Part shown: one piece after another, positions 46,595 through 60,887 of the stretch
Position numbering within the stretch: position 1 is the first letter of the stretch
How the letters are laid out: each line of letters begins with the position of its first letter
NCBI GenBank assembly: GCA_904063045.1
Contig: CAJFCJ010000005.1
Coordinates: 883,988 to 947,987, forward strand
Source of the DNA: Dimorphilus gyrociliatus
Lineage: Eukaryota > Animalia > Annelida
Direction of reading: 5' to 3'
Length of the DNA: 64,000 nt
The notes under the pieces: model-generated
The model's database searches: none
Seen by the model: only the letters and a program-made list of their open reading frames with translations
Told to the model about the DNA's origin: nothing
Position numbers and translations under genes: made by a program

Positions 46595-49500
46595 TATTGA
46601 GAATTGATCTAAATAGAATTTCGCAGTGTTAAATAAGTGTTTCTATTGTAGAGGAGAGAACTATTTTAATTCAATATCCTTTTCTCCTCTAGCGTAACCT
46701 TTCCTATCAGCAGAATCGCATAAAGTGAGCAATATATTTGTAAACTATTCGTATGAAATTGGAGTCATCATTTAGAGATAGCGATAAACGATATCAGTTT
46801 TTGTTATTCACTGTAGACTATTCTGTCAACCAGAAAAAAATCGTTAGTGGCCTTATTATATATTAGATAAGTAATAAGGGATATTTTGTATTACGACTGT
46901 AATATATATTTATAAAATAAGAAAGAAACAAGAAATAAGCACTCTATTATATTATTGGTATGTAAAAAGAAACGCAAAGATACGTAAACCTCAATATTAA
47001 CCTTTGCCTGATTCAGAAGATATAATAAATTTAATCAAAAAGGATAGGTCTATATTAAATTATTAATAAACTTATGTAATATATATATATATATATATAT
47101 ATACTGTATATATACAGAATATATTTAAATCATTAATGAAAAGTTTGATATATGATAGAGGGAAGATTAACATTATTTAAATCCAAATTGATAAATACTA
47201 TTTGCTGTATATACAATATATAAATGTATATATCTATATATCTGAATAGGTATAGTTATACACAACAGATGACGCTATAAAAGTATAAAACAAACAGTAC
47301 ATACAGTGTATATTACTATACTTATTAAATAATAGATATTTTTTTTTATATGCTAAATAGCATTGATTATATAGAGATAGAAGATGCTATTACTTGTCAT
47401 GCAATTAACTTTAATGTGAAATTTATAATTAAAGCTTAAAGAGGAATTAATTTTATTTCAGTAAAGACATTAAATTCAATTCTATAATGTATATTAACTT
47501 TATATTCTCATGTTTAGAATTAATTAGCTCCCTCTATAAAGAAAACATCTCTTTTTGAAGAGGTTTTCGTCTACTTTAATATATGGTTTATTTCCAAAAT
47601 ATAAATAAATATGAACATTTAACACTAAACAATAAAATAATGACTGGTAAGCAAATATAGAAAATGGCACTTGTAATGTTGTGATAACTACAGAAGAAGT
47701 TACTCAATAGTTTGAACAATAGTTTTATTACCAATACAACAAAAAATGTATTAATTACTTCGATTTCGTTTCAAAAGTATATATTGATTTCTCTCTCTCT
47801 CTCTTTTCTTGGAAACAACTTCGTATATTTAAATAATGGTCAAATCTAATTTGAAGTATAGCTATTCTCATTATTAATTATTTAGTATTCTAAGGAAGAA
47901 AACAGAATTTGATAAGACTCTTTAAAGATTAATAAGAGTAAAACGAATGAGAGAGAAAGGAAAAAAGAAAGAATTACAAGAAACTTAGGACTAGCGGAAA
48001 TCCTTGAGCAAGAAAAAAAATAGTATAAGAGTATGGCTGGCTGTGGTTGTTCACTTAGTAAATGCTCCACAAGTATAAACTTTCATCAAATAATATCAAA
48101 ATATGGCAATAGATTCCTATAAAAATATTTTTCCTGTTATAATCTAAAGAGTATGGCATTAAATAGATTATTGAATATAATATGTTAAGAGACGCTTTCC
48201 TGTGTCACGATACATTTTACCTATGCAATGTAAACATAAAAATAGAAAGAAAAAAATGTGTCTTTTTCAATAAAAATAAAAAATATCTATTGACAATCTA
48301 CGGAATTGACCATAAAGCCGTTTTAACTAACATCTGACATACATACATTATATACTGTGTAGTCGTGTATTAAACTTTTACCTTTGTTATATGATTAAAC
48401 AAAGGCTTATATAGAGTTTGTTATTTTAAATCAATTATATATACTCCTTGAAGAGATGTAATATATGAATATACATATATATATATATGAATATACATAT
48501 ATATATATATATATATATATTGTACGAGAATATGCAAATTATATCTGAAAAACTCTTCAATAGACATTATTTCAATCAGTAAATTAATAAGAGAATGGTA
48601 TTGTATGAAAATTAAGTCATTTACAAATGAATCTTTAATAAAGGGATTCTCATCTTTTCTCGTTATTTCACTTCTCTCTTCTATTACCAATCTATGTTAT
48701 CATACTAATCAAAACGATAATAAAGATATCTTGTATAATTAACCTTACTTTATTCTTTTCCCATACCCGACCAATTGTATAAGATTTTTATGAAAAGAAC
48801 ATTTATCTCTAGTGTAGTCGGACATTTTTCTTTAGTACGTAGAAAGAAGAATAAGATATCATCGGGATGGGAAACGTTTTAATGCTTTTGTCCAATATAT
48901 ATATATATATAATTATTAAATAAGAAAGGAAGAGAGAGAGAAAATCTTGTGTTTCTTTTTCAACATAACCCTTCTAAATGTATTCTTTTCAATCATTCTC
49001 CTGATAAATTTCTATCATAGTTGACCTCCTCAGAAGTCAATATCCTCATTACAAAGCGTCTAGTTTGCTTATATCTGTGTATTTTACCTAATTTTGTTTG
49101 TTAAACCTGCAGAATAACGAGGGGAGAAATTTTATAAGCGAAAGTTTTAAGTCACGAGTTCATTGGTGGACAGATAAAAATAATGTGAAAGAAAAGAAAG
49201 AAGAGTCTTTTAAAAAACTAAGGCCTTGTAAGATGTAATGAGCGGATAAATCCAAACAAAGATGTCCTTAAAACATTAAAACATTGACCTTAAAATATAT
49301 ATTAATATAGAGATTTAATAAGAATTTTTCATCATAACCTTAGGATTTTCAATGATTTTTAATCAAACATGATAAAGAAGATGTAACGCTGCTTAATGAA
49401 ACAATTAAATTGATGTATCGTTCGTAAGGTGGAGTAGTTTATTTAAGGAAATTGCAAAAAAAAGGATAACATGCTTCTCTCTCTCTCTCTCTGTCGTTCT

Positions 49501-50526
49501 CTTCCTCATATTCTACTTTTTCTTCCCTTCCATTCGTTCATTCATTCATCTATAATATCTTTTCTAGTTGTTTTTCTTATAATCATTCTGTGCAGGTTAT
49601 TTAACAATTCTAACCATGAATCAATGCACGAAATACTTATTCAGAAACTATGCTTTCTCCTTTTTTCTAATGCGTGTTAGGTATCTCAAATTTCTATTGC
49701 TAAATAAGAGAATATGTATATTCTTAAACAGAAAATATTCCTAACAAATATATGAGAAAGTGTACAATTTCCAACAAGTTTTCATCAACTTTCTACTCGA
49801 ATTTTCTTCCTAAACGTTCCTTAGCTTTTCCCTTTTGCTTTCTTCCCGCATCATTATTATTTTACTCTTAAAGGAATGTATACAAGATGTTTGTTTATAT
49901 ATATTTTATATTATTGTTTCATCTTATTCTCTCCAATTACCAAATCGGTTTACTGTCTATTGATTTTGCAGTATTTTTAAGTCTTGATGAAAAGATATAA
50001 CCCTATGAAAGAATGATCGAATAAATGAAATAGAACAAGAGTTTATAATCTTTTATCGATATAATTTCAATGGGAAAGCAATTAAGAAGGGTATAGAAGT
50101 ATCGGGGGAAAAAAGGGAGGTGGTGGGGGGGGGGAGCTAGAAGAGAAGGTAAAGAATAGAAAAAGACAGTTTAAAAAGAAAGTTTATATTAATTCGGTTC
50201 TTGGATGAATAGATGTTTGGATATTTGCGCAGGTTCTCTTGTTGATAAACAAAAAAAGTAGTAGACGCAGCTTTTGAAAACTAACAAAATAAAGAGGAAA
50301 AGAAAAAACACCAAGTATAGATCACGTAATATTTTCTTAGATATGTGATTGATCATTTGCGGTTTATAAGCCTAATTTATCATTACTTAAGATATTGGTT
50401 TGGATAGTAACTGTTCCTGTCCTTTTAAGAGTAATAGAGCAACAATTAATCGACAAACCACCAAAGAACACACAATTAACTAGAGACTTGAGTTAATTGG
50501 CTATGATATAATATTTCAAATACAAG

Positions 50527-50679
50527 TAGATGGCGCATTGTATATTGATCAGACTACTACTGCTGTGCACGTTCAAAATTATGAATATTAATGAACTCTC
50601 AATTAAAATTTCTAAAGCATTTGTTTCCTACTCTGTTGAGTGCACACACGCGAGAACCTCACACTACCAGCGCCATCTA
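50527..50679. promoter_or_regulatory. Pair of oppositely oriented CTCF-like motifs (TAGATGGCG 50527-50535; CGCCATCTA 50671-50679) just upstream of the F-BAR gene start
   Basis: Two exact cores 135 bp apart in a CpG-richer patch; the second ends 53 bp before ATG 50733. Confidence 0.5.
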
Positions 50680-50732
50680 GTTAAAATTGACCGGCCGTAG
50701 GCTTTCAAACGCTTCGTGCACTGATCTAGACA

Positions 50733-50952
50733 ATGGCGAACTGGCAGGAAACGGATGATGCTTTAACTTTAGCTAGTACAAGTAAGATGCATATTCTTTT
50801 TTTTTTAATTTTACACTAAAATAACTATTCATTTGTATACTATAAAAGAAAAATAATAATTAAACTAAGCAAATCCTACCTGTTATGTATATGCACACAT
50901 TGATATCGATCCGTTCTGCAAATTTTTTCTGCATCGAATTCTCTTTTTAGTT

Positions 50953-50985
<33 letters not shown>

Positions 50986-51844
50986 CTTCAATCACCAAAC
51001 CCTGCTTAAGTCATCTCTTCCTCTTCCCATTCTTCTTTATATTCATTTTTCACATCTTTTACGCCAGCAGTTATCGTTTTCCTTTGCGTCCGCTCCATAT
51101 TTTTCTCTCTTCTTATTTCTCACCTTTTTCTTTCTCTTTGTACTTAGGATATTTATTTCCTTCATTCCGTCTCATTCTCTAGCCGTATCTGTCTCCAGCT
51201 TCTTTACGTTATCAATTATTCAGTACGTACCTTTTCCCATTGCACCTGACCGCTTTGCAAAATTTTTCCAGATTACTCCATAATCAGTAACCAACTATGT
51301 GTTTGGAAAACGAACAAAATGGTTTCCCTATTTTCCTTTCCTTTTACATTGTTTTGTGTTTGTAGGCCGATTGATGAGTTGCTTTCTCAACCTTTTTTTT
51401 ATTACCTTCTTCCTTTTTTGCAATAAGTTACTTAGCGGCTGCTAAGACGAAAAGAGCAGTTCTTCTAGCAATTGCTTTAACATAATTTTTCGTTTGCTTT
51501 TATTATGACCCGAGCAATATTAAATCTTTCCTTTATTCTTCACTTATCTATTCTACTATCTGACTAGATGTGGAAACATGAACATCTTTTTAATTTAAAG
51601 CAGTTAAAAGACTTTTAGTTGAGAAATATATATCTTATATAACGTTTGATTGGTTCAGCTGCCCTCATTTTTTTTAAAGAATTCTGCGTGAGATAATAGC
51701 TATTCATAAGATATTGTTACTGATTATATTATTGAATGTTTCCATTATTGAAATAAGAGATAGAAGTCGATTAATGTAATTTAAAAAAAATGGACACCAT
51801 TTCTGTATTCGTTCGAAAAAGTCTTTACTCTTGCCTGTTAGCTT

Positions 51845-51880
<36 letters not shown>

Positions 51881-54764
51881 AAACTTGTTTATTCTACACC
51901 TACAAAGGTGTATAGTATGTACATGTCAGTCTCTATTACCTATTCTCTTTTACTATCAACAGTTTGTAGCGAATACCTTTTCCATTCAATAAATCCCACA
52001 TACGGTAGTATTATCTACAAACTTAGATATATTATATAATATATCCTACCTACTATTTGAACCCAAAGCAATTCGTCGTTAATAGTTTACGTAGCTAATA
52101 GTGAATTATTCAAATATTTTATAGACTATTACAAAAAACATTTTTTGTTTTATTCTTATTTATAATTTATTACAAAGTGAAAATGATCTTTGTCAAAATT
52201 TAGATTATGAGTAGATTATCAATCGTTTTTCAGTTAATTATTACATAGAAAAATTTCGTTATACACTCTATATATAAATGAATAGATGAAAGAATATCCT
52301 ATACATTTAAATATAGTATATAAGCATCTACAAAATCCCAACTTTATATTTAAGGATTTAATAGTTTTTAATAATAGATAATTTAATTACCTAAAAACCT
52401 TCATATATGGTTTAAGTTGACTATTAAACTCTATATTATATAAAAATAGAGAGTTTTTGATTTCTAATAAACATTACGTCTAGTCTAGAATATATCAATT
52501 TTTTATATAAAAACTAATTCGTTTTATAGTTGTTTATTAGATAAAAAAAATTTGAATTTCTCTTTTTTATTAAATACTAAACTATATATTTAGATGAAAA
52601 TACAAGAAGTATATTTATATAATAATAATAAAAATCTATTCATAGACATTTAATGTGAGACGAGTAACGACAAAAAAAATAAGTAATAAAAAAGGACACT
52701 GGTATTATTTTAATATTTGTACAACAACGGCTATTAAGTAGAATATATACGCAATATATTACTTTATATATATATATATATATATATATACTGTATATAC
52801 TATATGTGTATGTATGTATACTCTATCGATGTCGACTAATTTATTAATACGCACAGTTTACCTATGTAATCTTTAAAAACAAAATTAAAAAAATAGACTT
52901 AGTCTTATGTTTAAGATCAAATAGGCATTTTTTTCTTTCATATACTGTATGGCTATATAGCTACTGATTATCATTAGTCGTTTTCTTCAATATTGTCCCA
53001 TAATAAAGATTGACTCTTATTCCTAAGGTTATTGTTATTATTTTAAGATACTTAATCTGAATATCTAAATAAATATCTGCTCTTGAGAGTTTCAAGTAAA
53101 TTCATATAAACAAAGAGAGAGAGAGAGAGAGAGAGAGAAGAAAACGCAAGAAAAAATGATTTGCAATAGTTTACAGTGAATAGAGACGTTTCTTTATAAT
53201 TGAAAAAAAAATACGGTTTATTACGATATTAAATGGTGTGAAAAGTAAAAAAATGATATCTTAGCCAAGTTCTAAAGATATCAATCGTAAATTTTTAATT
53301 AATAATCATAGATAGTGTTCTTTAGGGATAAACTCGTTAACTTTCTTACCTGTACCTTAATCTTTTGATTTACGAATATTTGAGTGTGTTTTTAATGTTT
53401 AGCGGTAATAGAATAAAGGTACTCTTTGCGCACTTGGTTTGAAAGGAATACATTCGTAAGGTAATAAATCATGGAAGGGTCTGAGTGAAAAGGGGAAATT
53501 TGATAATAAGCTAGCTTTTAATAATTCTGGGTCCTATCATATATATTAATAAAAAGGAAAGGGACTGAATTACAATATAATTCCTTCTTAGGGAAGTTGT
53601 TTATATTTGAGACTCGAACTAATGAAGTCGAAAGGCATTTCCTTACGTGCTACTACTTTCTATTACTCCTTCCTAAGACATCTCTGTCGCTTCCTCGCCC
53701 TATTACGTATATAAAAAACGTTATATTCTATAAAAGTTATTTATTAAAATAATACATTGAATTAATTGCTCAAAGTATCCATGACTTTATTATAGTCTTT
53801 ACTATTTGTAGACTAAACTAATTTGATGGAAATATATTAGTCTTTATCACCGGTAAAGCCAATTTCTCTCTTATTTCATTTTATACTAAACTATGAATAA
53901 AACTAACTATAATTTATTTCCCCCTTCTCTCTCTCTCTCTCTCTCTCTCACAGACAAATAAAAAGCAAACTTTCTTCTTTATGCTCTTTAAATTAATTAA
54001 ACTTACAAAGTTTCTATTTAAATAAATTTATTTATTTAAGCATTTTATACCCAAAAAAACTGCAAAATACTTAACAAAACCAAGATAAGTAATTGGTAAA
54101 ATGATTTGGAAAGAAGTTAATAACAAAGTAGAATAATTTCACATATAAAATTCTATTTGATACACTCTTTATTCCGTTAATCAGTGTATTTCATTTTGTC
54201 TTTGATGAGACTTTTAAATTCAAGAGATATCCTGCAATAAGTCTCTTTGGAGTTTATATTCTCTCTCTCTCTCTCTCTCTTTCTACCTTCATATTCGCTG
54301 TTTGTTTTAGCAAAATAAAAAATAAATAACTGCAACACTATTTATTGATTATATATTATATTGGAATTATCAGTTTATCGATCATTTGGAACCATCTAAA
54401 ATATTACTTTATTCTTTATCATAACGATTATCTTTTCACTGATATTTTGTCTTCCTATTCAGCTTGTAGCTATTAGTTAATTCTTTTGTCCGATTATGTT
54501 TTTCAGTGCTATGTTGCTAATGTATTGGAAAGTTGAGAGTATTTTCTAAGAACGTTAAGTATGAACCGTAGGAGAAAACTTTCCAGATGTCACGTGTTTA
54601 TAGATGAGAGACCGCACTATATGTTTTTATAGCGCATAGTTGGCTTCACAACTGTGCGCAAAATACGCTACTTAAGAGAAAAGACGAGAGAAGCAAACAA
54701 GTTTAACAGCGTTGTATAATAAAGAAAAATGGAATGCTGACACCAGCAGTGAGAAAAGTAGGAG

Positions 54765-54819
<55 letters not shown>

Positions 54820-54845
54820 CTCCGATTGTATAAATACAGTATATA

Positions 54846-54882
<37 letters not shown>

Positions 54883-55501
54883 AGAAAATTTAATGAGGAT
54901 TTTCTATTCCTGTACGAAAACATTAGTTACAGTTAAATTTCAAGAAAAATAATAAGACAACTGCTATTTGATATTTACAGTTATACATTTTTTATTCATT
55001 CGCCCTTTAAAGTCCTGCAAAATAATGTAATATTCATCTCAAAAACCTCCATATACGACTTATACGACTCGTTACTTGTCGGATTAATTTCGCCCCTTTT
55101 TCCATTAAAAAAAAAAAGACACATTACATTATTTTTTAGCCTATCAGTTTACTTTTATGAAACTATCTAATGATTTTATAGTGTGTCGTAAATTGCATTT
55201 AACAGATGTTTAAAAAGAATTATGAATTATTGTAAAGTAATACATTTGATATAAATGCGATCTGCATAAGGTTTACAAATAACTATAAGGAGTATTTTTT
55301 CATTCTAAGTGCTGCGTATTACACAGTGAGATATCTACCTAGCTGTGGTCTTGGGTTAAATTAAAAAAGGCGTATACCCGGGGGGGAAAATAACGTAAAT
55401 TATGCTAAATGGCATTCTCCTTTCTATCCTTCTGTCATATCTTGCCTTCTTGCGGCCCCTCTTCCTCCGCTTTACCCTACTCTCGCTCCTCCAGTGTCTT
55501 G

Positions 55502-55536
<35 letters not shown>

Positions 55537-56159
55537 CCACCCTGTCTTCCTCTTCTCTTCTCTTCTCCATCATACGGTGTCATAATTGTATCCATTTGCT
55601 AATGGTTATGAGTTATTATGTAGAAAGAATGTGATTAAAATTGTAAAGTAAACAAGGAAGCATTAAAAGAAAAGTGTTGTTTTAACCTCAATTTACGAAA
55701 AGAACAACCCCATATATCGGACGGCTATACGCTTAATATTACTGTCAACATTTGTTATATGGTGTTTCGTTTTGATTGTTAATCTATACGGCAAATATGA
55801 TTAAATATCTCAATAATTTCTCTTTCACTTTCATTAATATTTCTTTGCTTTTTGGTTCTAACATCTTAAACTTCATTATTTAATCGAATTAAAATTATTG
55901 ATCTGTATCAAAGAAAGTATTTGTTTACGTTATTAGAGTAATCATCTCTTCTGTTGAAAATTGAAATAGTAATAATAAGCAGCTCCGATAAAGGAAGGCT
56001 TGTAGGGGATATTATGCAAATAAACAGTACTTTTTCCTTAGCCCGCAAACAAAGCGAGACCTCCTCCAGATTCGAAGTAAGAGCACGCTATTACGACTAA
56101 AGAACAAGGTTATACGGGAATCAAACTAACCTATTAATAAATATGAAAAAATTGTATAT

Positions 56160-56195
<36 letters not shown>

Positions 56196-57622
56196 TAAAA
56201 ATTATGTTAATAAACAACTATAGGGGGCAAAATATACGATTTATTATAAATCAACTTATAAACGATATTATATAAGAATAGTTGAGAGATAGTTGATAAG
56301 TGGATTTAGAAGAAGGAAGCGTGAGAGCAGAAGGAAAGAGACGTTGATTAAGTTCCTGGTAATTTTTTTCTCAACAAAAATTAGTAAATGCCAATATGAC
56401 CTGCAAATATGTCAAAATTATCTTGACATTAAAGAGAAAATAAGTGAGAATGGCATAAATAAAAACCATACGATGTTTAGTTGATTATTTTTGGCCCTGC
56501 TAAGGCGAATAAACAGCGTTTCAAAGTTTTCATAAAACATTTAGAAGAGAAAAGGATAAAGATAAGCGAAACTTGCACGTCTTATGAATATATTTTTAGC
56601 TGTAAGGTCAAGTGGAAAGTTTCTTGGCTCTTCTTATTTCACAAATATTCTATCTACAAATTGAAATGTACAAGCTTTTCCGTTTACATCGTGATTACGC
56701 TTAAAAAAGCTAAATAAGGTCACGTGATAAAGCCATGAGTCACTTCTTAAACAACCAATCTCATCTCTTTTATTAGCTATACTTACCTTTGTTTCTTTGA
56801 ATTTTCTGAGGCAAAAACAAATATATACGAAGCATTTAAGCATATATTTTATTGTTGGGGAAAATAGAGTATAACAAGAAAATGAATAGATAAAGATTAG
56901 GGGATAAGAAGAAAAAGAAGAGATATTTTCATTTATGGTAAAATTTCTATAAGAATAATAGCACTTTTATTGATATATGTATAATAAGGTCTGTTTTTTT
57001 GTCACAAAGGATATTTAAATAGGCAATAATTTTCACCTCGCTTTACTCTTTTCATCTAATTAGCAAAGAGAAAACGAAATGGTGAAAAAAATATGTACCA
57101 GGTTATAATTATAGAAAATATTAGTATGAATTCACGTAAGAAAGATGCTAAGAGATAATGAAATCAGATTTAAATTAAGAGCGAAGAAGATTCTTTTTCC
57201 AGTGCAAGATGTGAATGAACTATGAAATGAAATAAAGAAAAAAAAACTAGCTGACAATAATATACATTTTTAATAGGCTGCACTTACAAGCGTGTCATAT
57301 AAATGTAAGATAAATAACCGTATTCGGACTATTTTTCCTGATATGCGTATATGTTTATATATATATATATATATGCGTGTGTGTATCTACATATCTAGTC
57401 TATTCCCAGATGCTTTATAAATGAGATGCAGAATCAATACATTTTTGAAATCGTTATTATCATATTCTGTTGTTGTTTTTTAACAAACTAAAAATTTTGT
57501 TGGAAAATGATTGTCCAAAATAAATATTTATCTAGTAAAAAATTGCATTTAGACTTGCAAAAATCTCAAAGATTTGATGGAAAATATTCATAGGATTGAT
57601 ACTATTTCTCTTCCCCCATCTC

Positions 57623-57659
<37 letters not shown>

Positions 57660-60600
57660 TCCTTCCTTAAATATTTTTAAAACACATACGTAGGCTTAAA
57701 TAATACAGCGAAAACCTTTTCTTTTAATTTACATGTATGCGTTTAAAGTAAACATATAAAAACTTATTATTGTTTTAGTATTCGTGTATATAATTTTCAA
57801 ATTTTTACTTTTCTTTCAACTTAAAACAGCCGCCTCGTTTGCCGAAAATGTTTCACGAGTGTATTCACAATTTGCCAGCCAACTGCAAAGTGTTGTTGAT
57901 GGTTTCATGAAAAAAAATGCCCGATTTCAACGTAATGGTGCAAGGTAAGTAATCAACCGTATTAAAAGATTAAAAAAGACAAACCGCTAAAAACAATCTA
58001 TCTATTTAGTAAAAAGTTATTTATTTAGAGAGAAAGAAAACACGATTGTCTCTTTTTTATTGTTTAGTTTTATTGAAAAACAAAAAGAAACATCGTAAAA
58101 ATGAAAAATCACACGGTTAATGAACTAAAACTGTTTACAAAAGTGCTAAGTGGTTTGCGAATTCTTTCATTTATGTCCCATGAGGTAGTATTTTCATTTG
58201 ACTTGATACCTCATTATATATACTGTAAATATACAGTATATTTTATATGATTCTCCCATATAAACCTTATATTAATTTTCACCAAGGACAATTTTCTTGG
58301 TTTTTCAATATTTTAAGAGAAGCTTTTTAAAATAGAATTTTCATTATTCAGAAGAAGGATCATGTGATTAAGAGATGAAATCATTAAATTTGTAGAAGTC
58401 AAATAAAATTGAATTGACATTAACTAACCTCATAAGCCTCGTAAGGATATAATGTAACTGCTTACAACCTAGGAGAAGGAATTTAGATATAATATCAAAC
58501 TACTTATGAAATACTGCCTTGCCTTAAAAGCTTTAAGTACTTACTCTTCGTATTTTTACGAAGAAGGTGGAGTGAACGCGTACAATTATCTATTAGAGGC
58601 TCAGATGTCAAAATTTCTCGGATTATCTTTTAAGGATTTTTCAATGTTTTCATCAGTATTCGTTATCACACTATTTGGCTAGATTAAAGGAAGTGGAACG
58701 AAATATCGTGACTCCTTTTAAGACCATTAAGTTTCTCTTTTGCTTCCGTCTCCAATTCAAAATATTGCTACATGTGCGAGAAGAGAAAACTGACGAATAG
58801 AGTGATTTCACAGTTGAAGAAATAAAGAGAACTGTATAAAAGTCGAGTATATAGACTGTCTTCCTTCATTTTTCACTTTGAAACGTTTTTAATAGTACAA
58901 CTGTAGGATTGTTGCCCTCGTATGCCTGTAGGAAGTACCTTAATTAGAATGTAAGAATCCTTAAAAGAACAGCTATTTTCTAGTTTACAAGTTTTTCTTT
59001 CAGTAGAATTACAACTTTCGTAATGTTGGTATTCTACACAAGTACTTTTCTAATACTTGGACTGAAGGAAAATTGAAATTTACCAACAGAAACTCGAGTA
59101 AATAAATGTGTAGATATACGTAATATAATATTTTAGCTGTGAACTTTTCCCTAATGGGATTAAATCACTCATATTATCATAATGAATAAGCCTAATTAAT
59201 TACATTAAGTAGTAAAGTGTCAAAGAGTATAAATTGTAAAAAATTTCCTAATCAAAGGGGAAAAAATGGGTTAAAAAATAAAGACTGAGACAAATTTTTC
59301 AATAAACAACAAAAGAAAAAATAAAATATAATAGTTTTAATTTATTTTTGTTTTTTTAATAAAACAAAACAAATCGAAAGGAAAAAAATTTACATAATCC
59401 ATTATTAACTGTCAATTTAGTAGTAAAAAAAAAAGATCCAACTGAGAGTTGATTATATATTTATGAAAAATGGGGAAAAGGTGGTTATTTCATTTCCTAA
59501 AGGTGTTATTTTGTTTTTCATAATAACTCTAGAGACAGATATAAAGTAGAAATAGTCTATAAATATATACTGTATATATATATATAGTTAGAAGGAAAGA
59601 ATACAAAAAGAAGTATAGGTGTTATATACATAGAGTACATGTGCCGTACAGTGCATAAAGTGCATATTCTGTAAATAAACATAAAAATTCTATAATTCCA
59701 TAATGCCATTGTAGTATGTTTCTTATTTCTCTCACTCACTCACACTCACACACACACACGCACACTCTCTCTCTCTCTCTTCTCTATATACATTCTATAT
59801 AGTTGCAATCTTAAATACTAAACATTTACACTGCTTTTAAACAAATGTACAATATGAATTGTATATAAATATATATTATCCATTTTCTATAATATAGTAA
59901 GAAGGATTTTTATTGAAAGAGAAATTGAAAACAACAGAGTTGTTATGCAATAACCAGTGTAAATAATTCTTGATGAATAATTTATGATAATAATAGGACT
60001 ATATAATAATTTTAGTTTAACTATTCATTAGAAATACTGAACAAAGAACATGTCGACAAAATCAATAAAAGGAGTAAATATTTAAAAATACAATAGCATT
60101 ATTATACTTTAAAAACACTTAGTTTTGTCCTAAAATAAAAATGTAATAAATTAAAGAAATAAAACGGAAGTTAGTAATTAAATTATAGCTTTTTTTAATG
60201 ATAAATATTATTCCTGTCTGTAAAGCATACAACGGATATACCGTATATATAAATGTGTAAAAAACAAAAGTATAGCATTGTAAGGTTTTACATACTGCGT
60301 ATGCAGAACTATTATATATATATATACTGTATATAAAGTATACTAAATCCATTTTTAGTTATTTGCTGTATGGTCTAATTTGCCTCGGACGTATTTATTT
60401 ATTTACCTATGAAAAGAATTGTATAGAGTTATTTATATCGCTTTTTCTAGGAGAAGGGGAAAATATGTAGCTATTCTACGTAAACAATCAATTAAGAAAA
60501 ACAATGACGTATACGGCAATGAGTTGGCGACAATTAAACCTTCTTTATTAGTTACAATGAAAGAGAAAGCTGTAAATTTTTAATACCTCCTGGGTAGCTC

Positions 60601-60828
60601 TTATTTAGTCTTGCTTAGTGATAGGCTTAAAATGTCTGAAGTTGTATGAAAGCGTCTAAGAGATTAGTAAAATCTCTGGGGAATATAAAAAATAGACTGT
60701 TAATCCAGTAAATTCGTCATTCTCACTTTCCGCTTTTCCTGGAAATGGCTAAAACTTATAAAATTTTTTTACTAATTACTTAGTGAAATCGGTAAAATGA
60801 GGAGAGGTGAAGAGAAAGAGTGAGTGAG

Positions 60829-60887
<59 letters not shown>

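Noticed and set aside
53473-53485. GGAAGGGTCTGAG resembling the RNase P RNA CR-I motif
   Set aside because: It has an extra G relative to the consensus, no downstream CR-V (ACxCAATTCAGAC-like) partner, and AT-rich unstructured flanks.
58506-58682. 58-aa ATG-initiated ORF inside F-BAR intron 2
   Set aside because: No recognisable motif or splice support; the length is within chance expectation.
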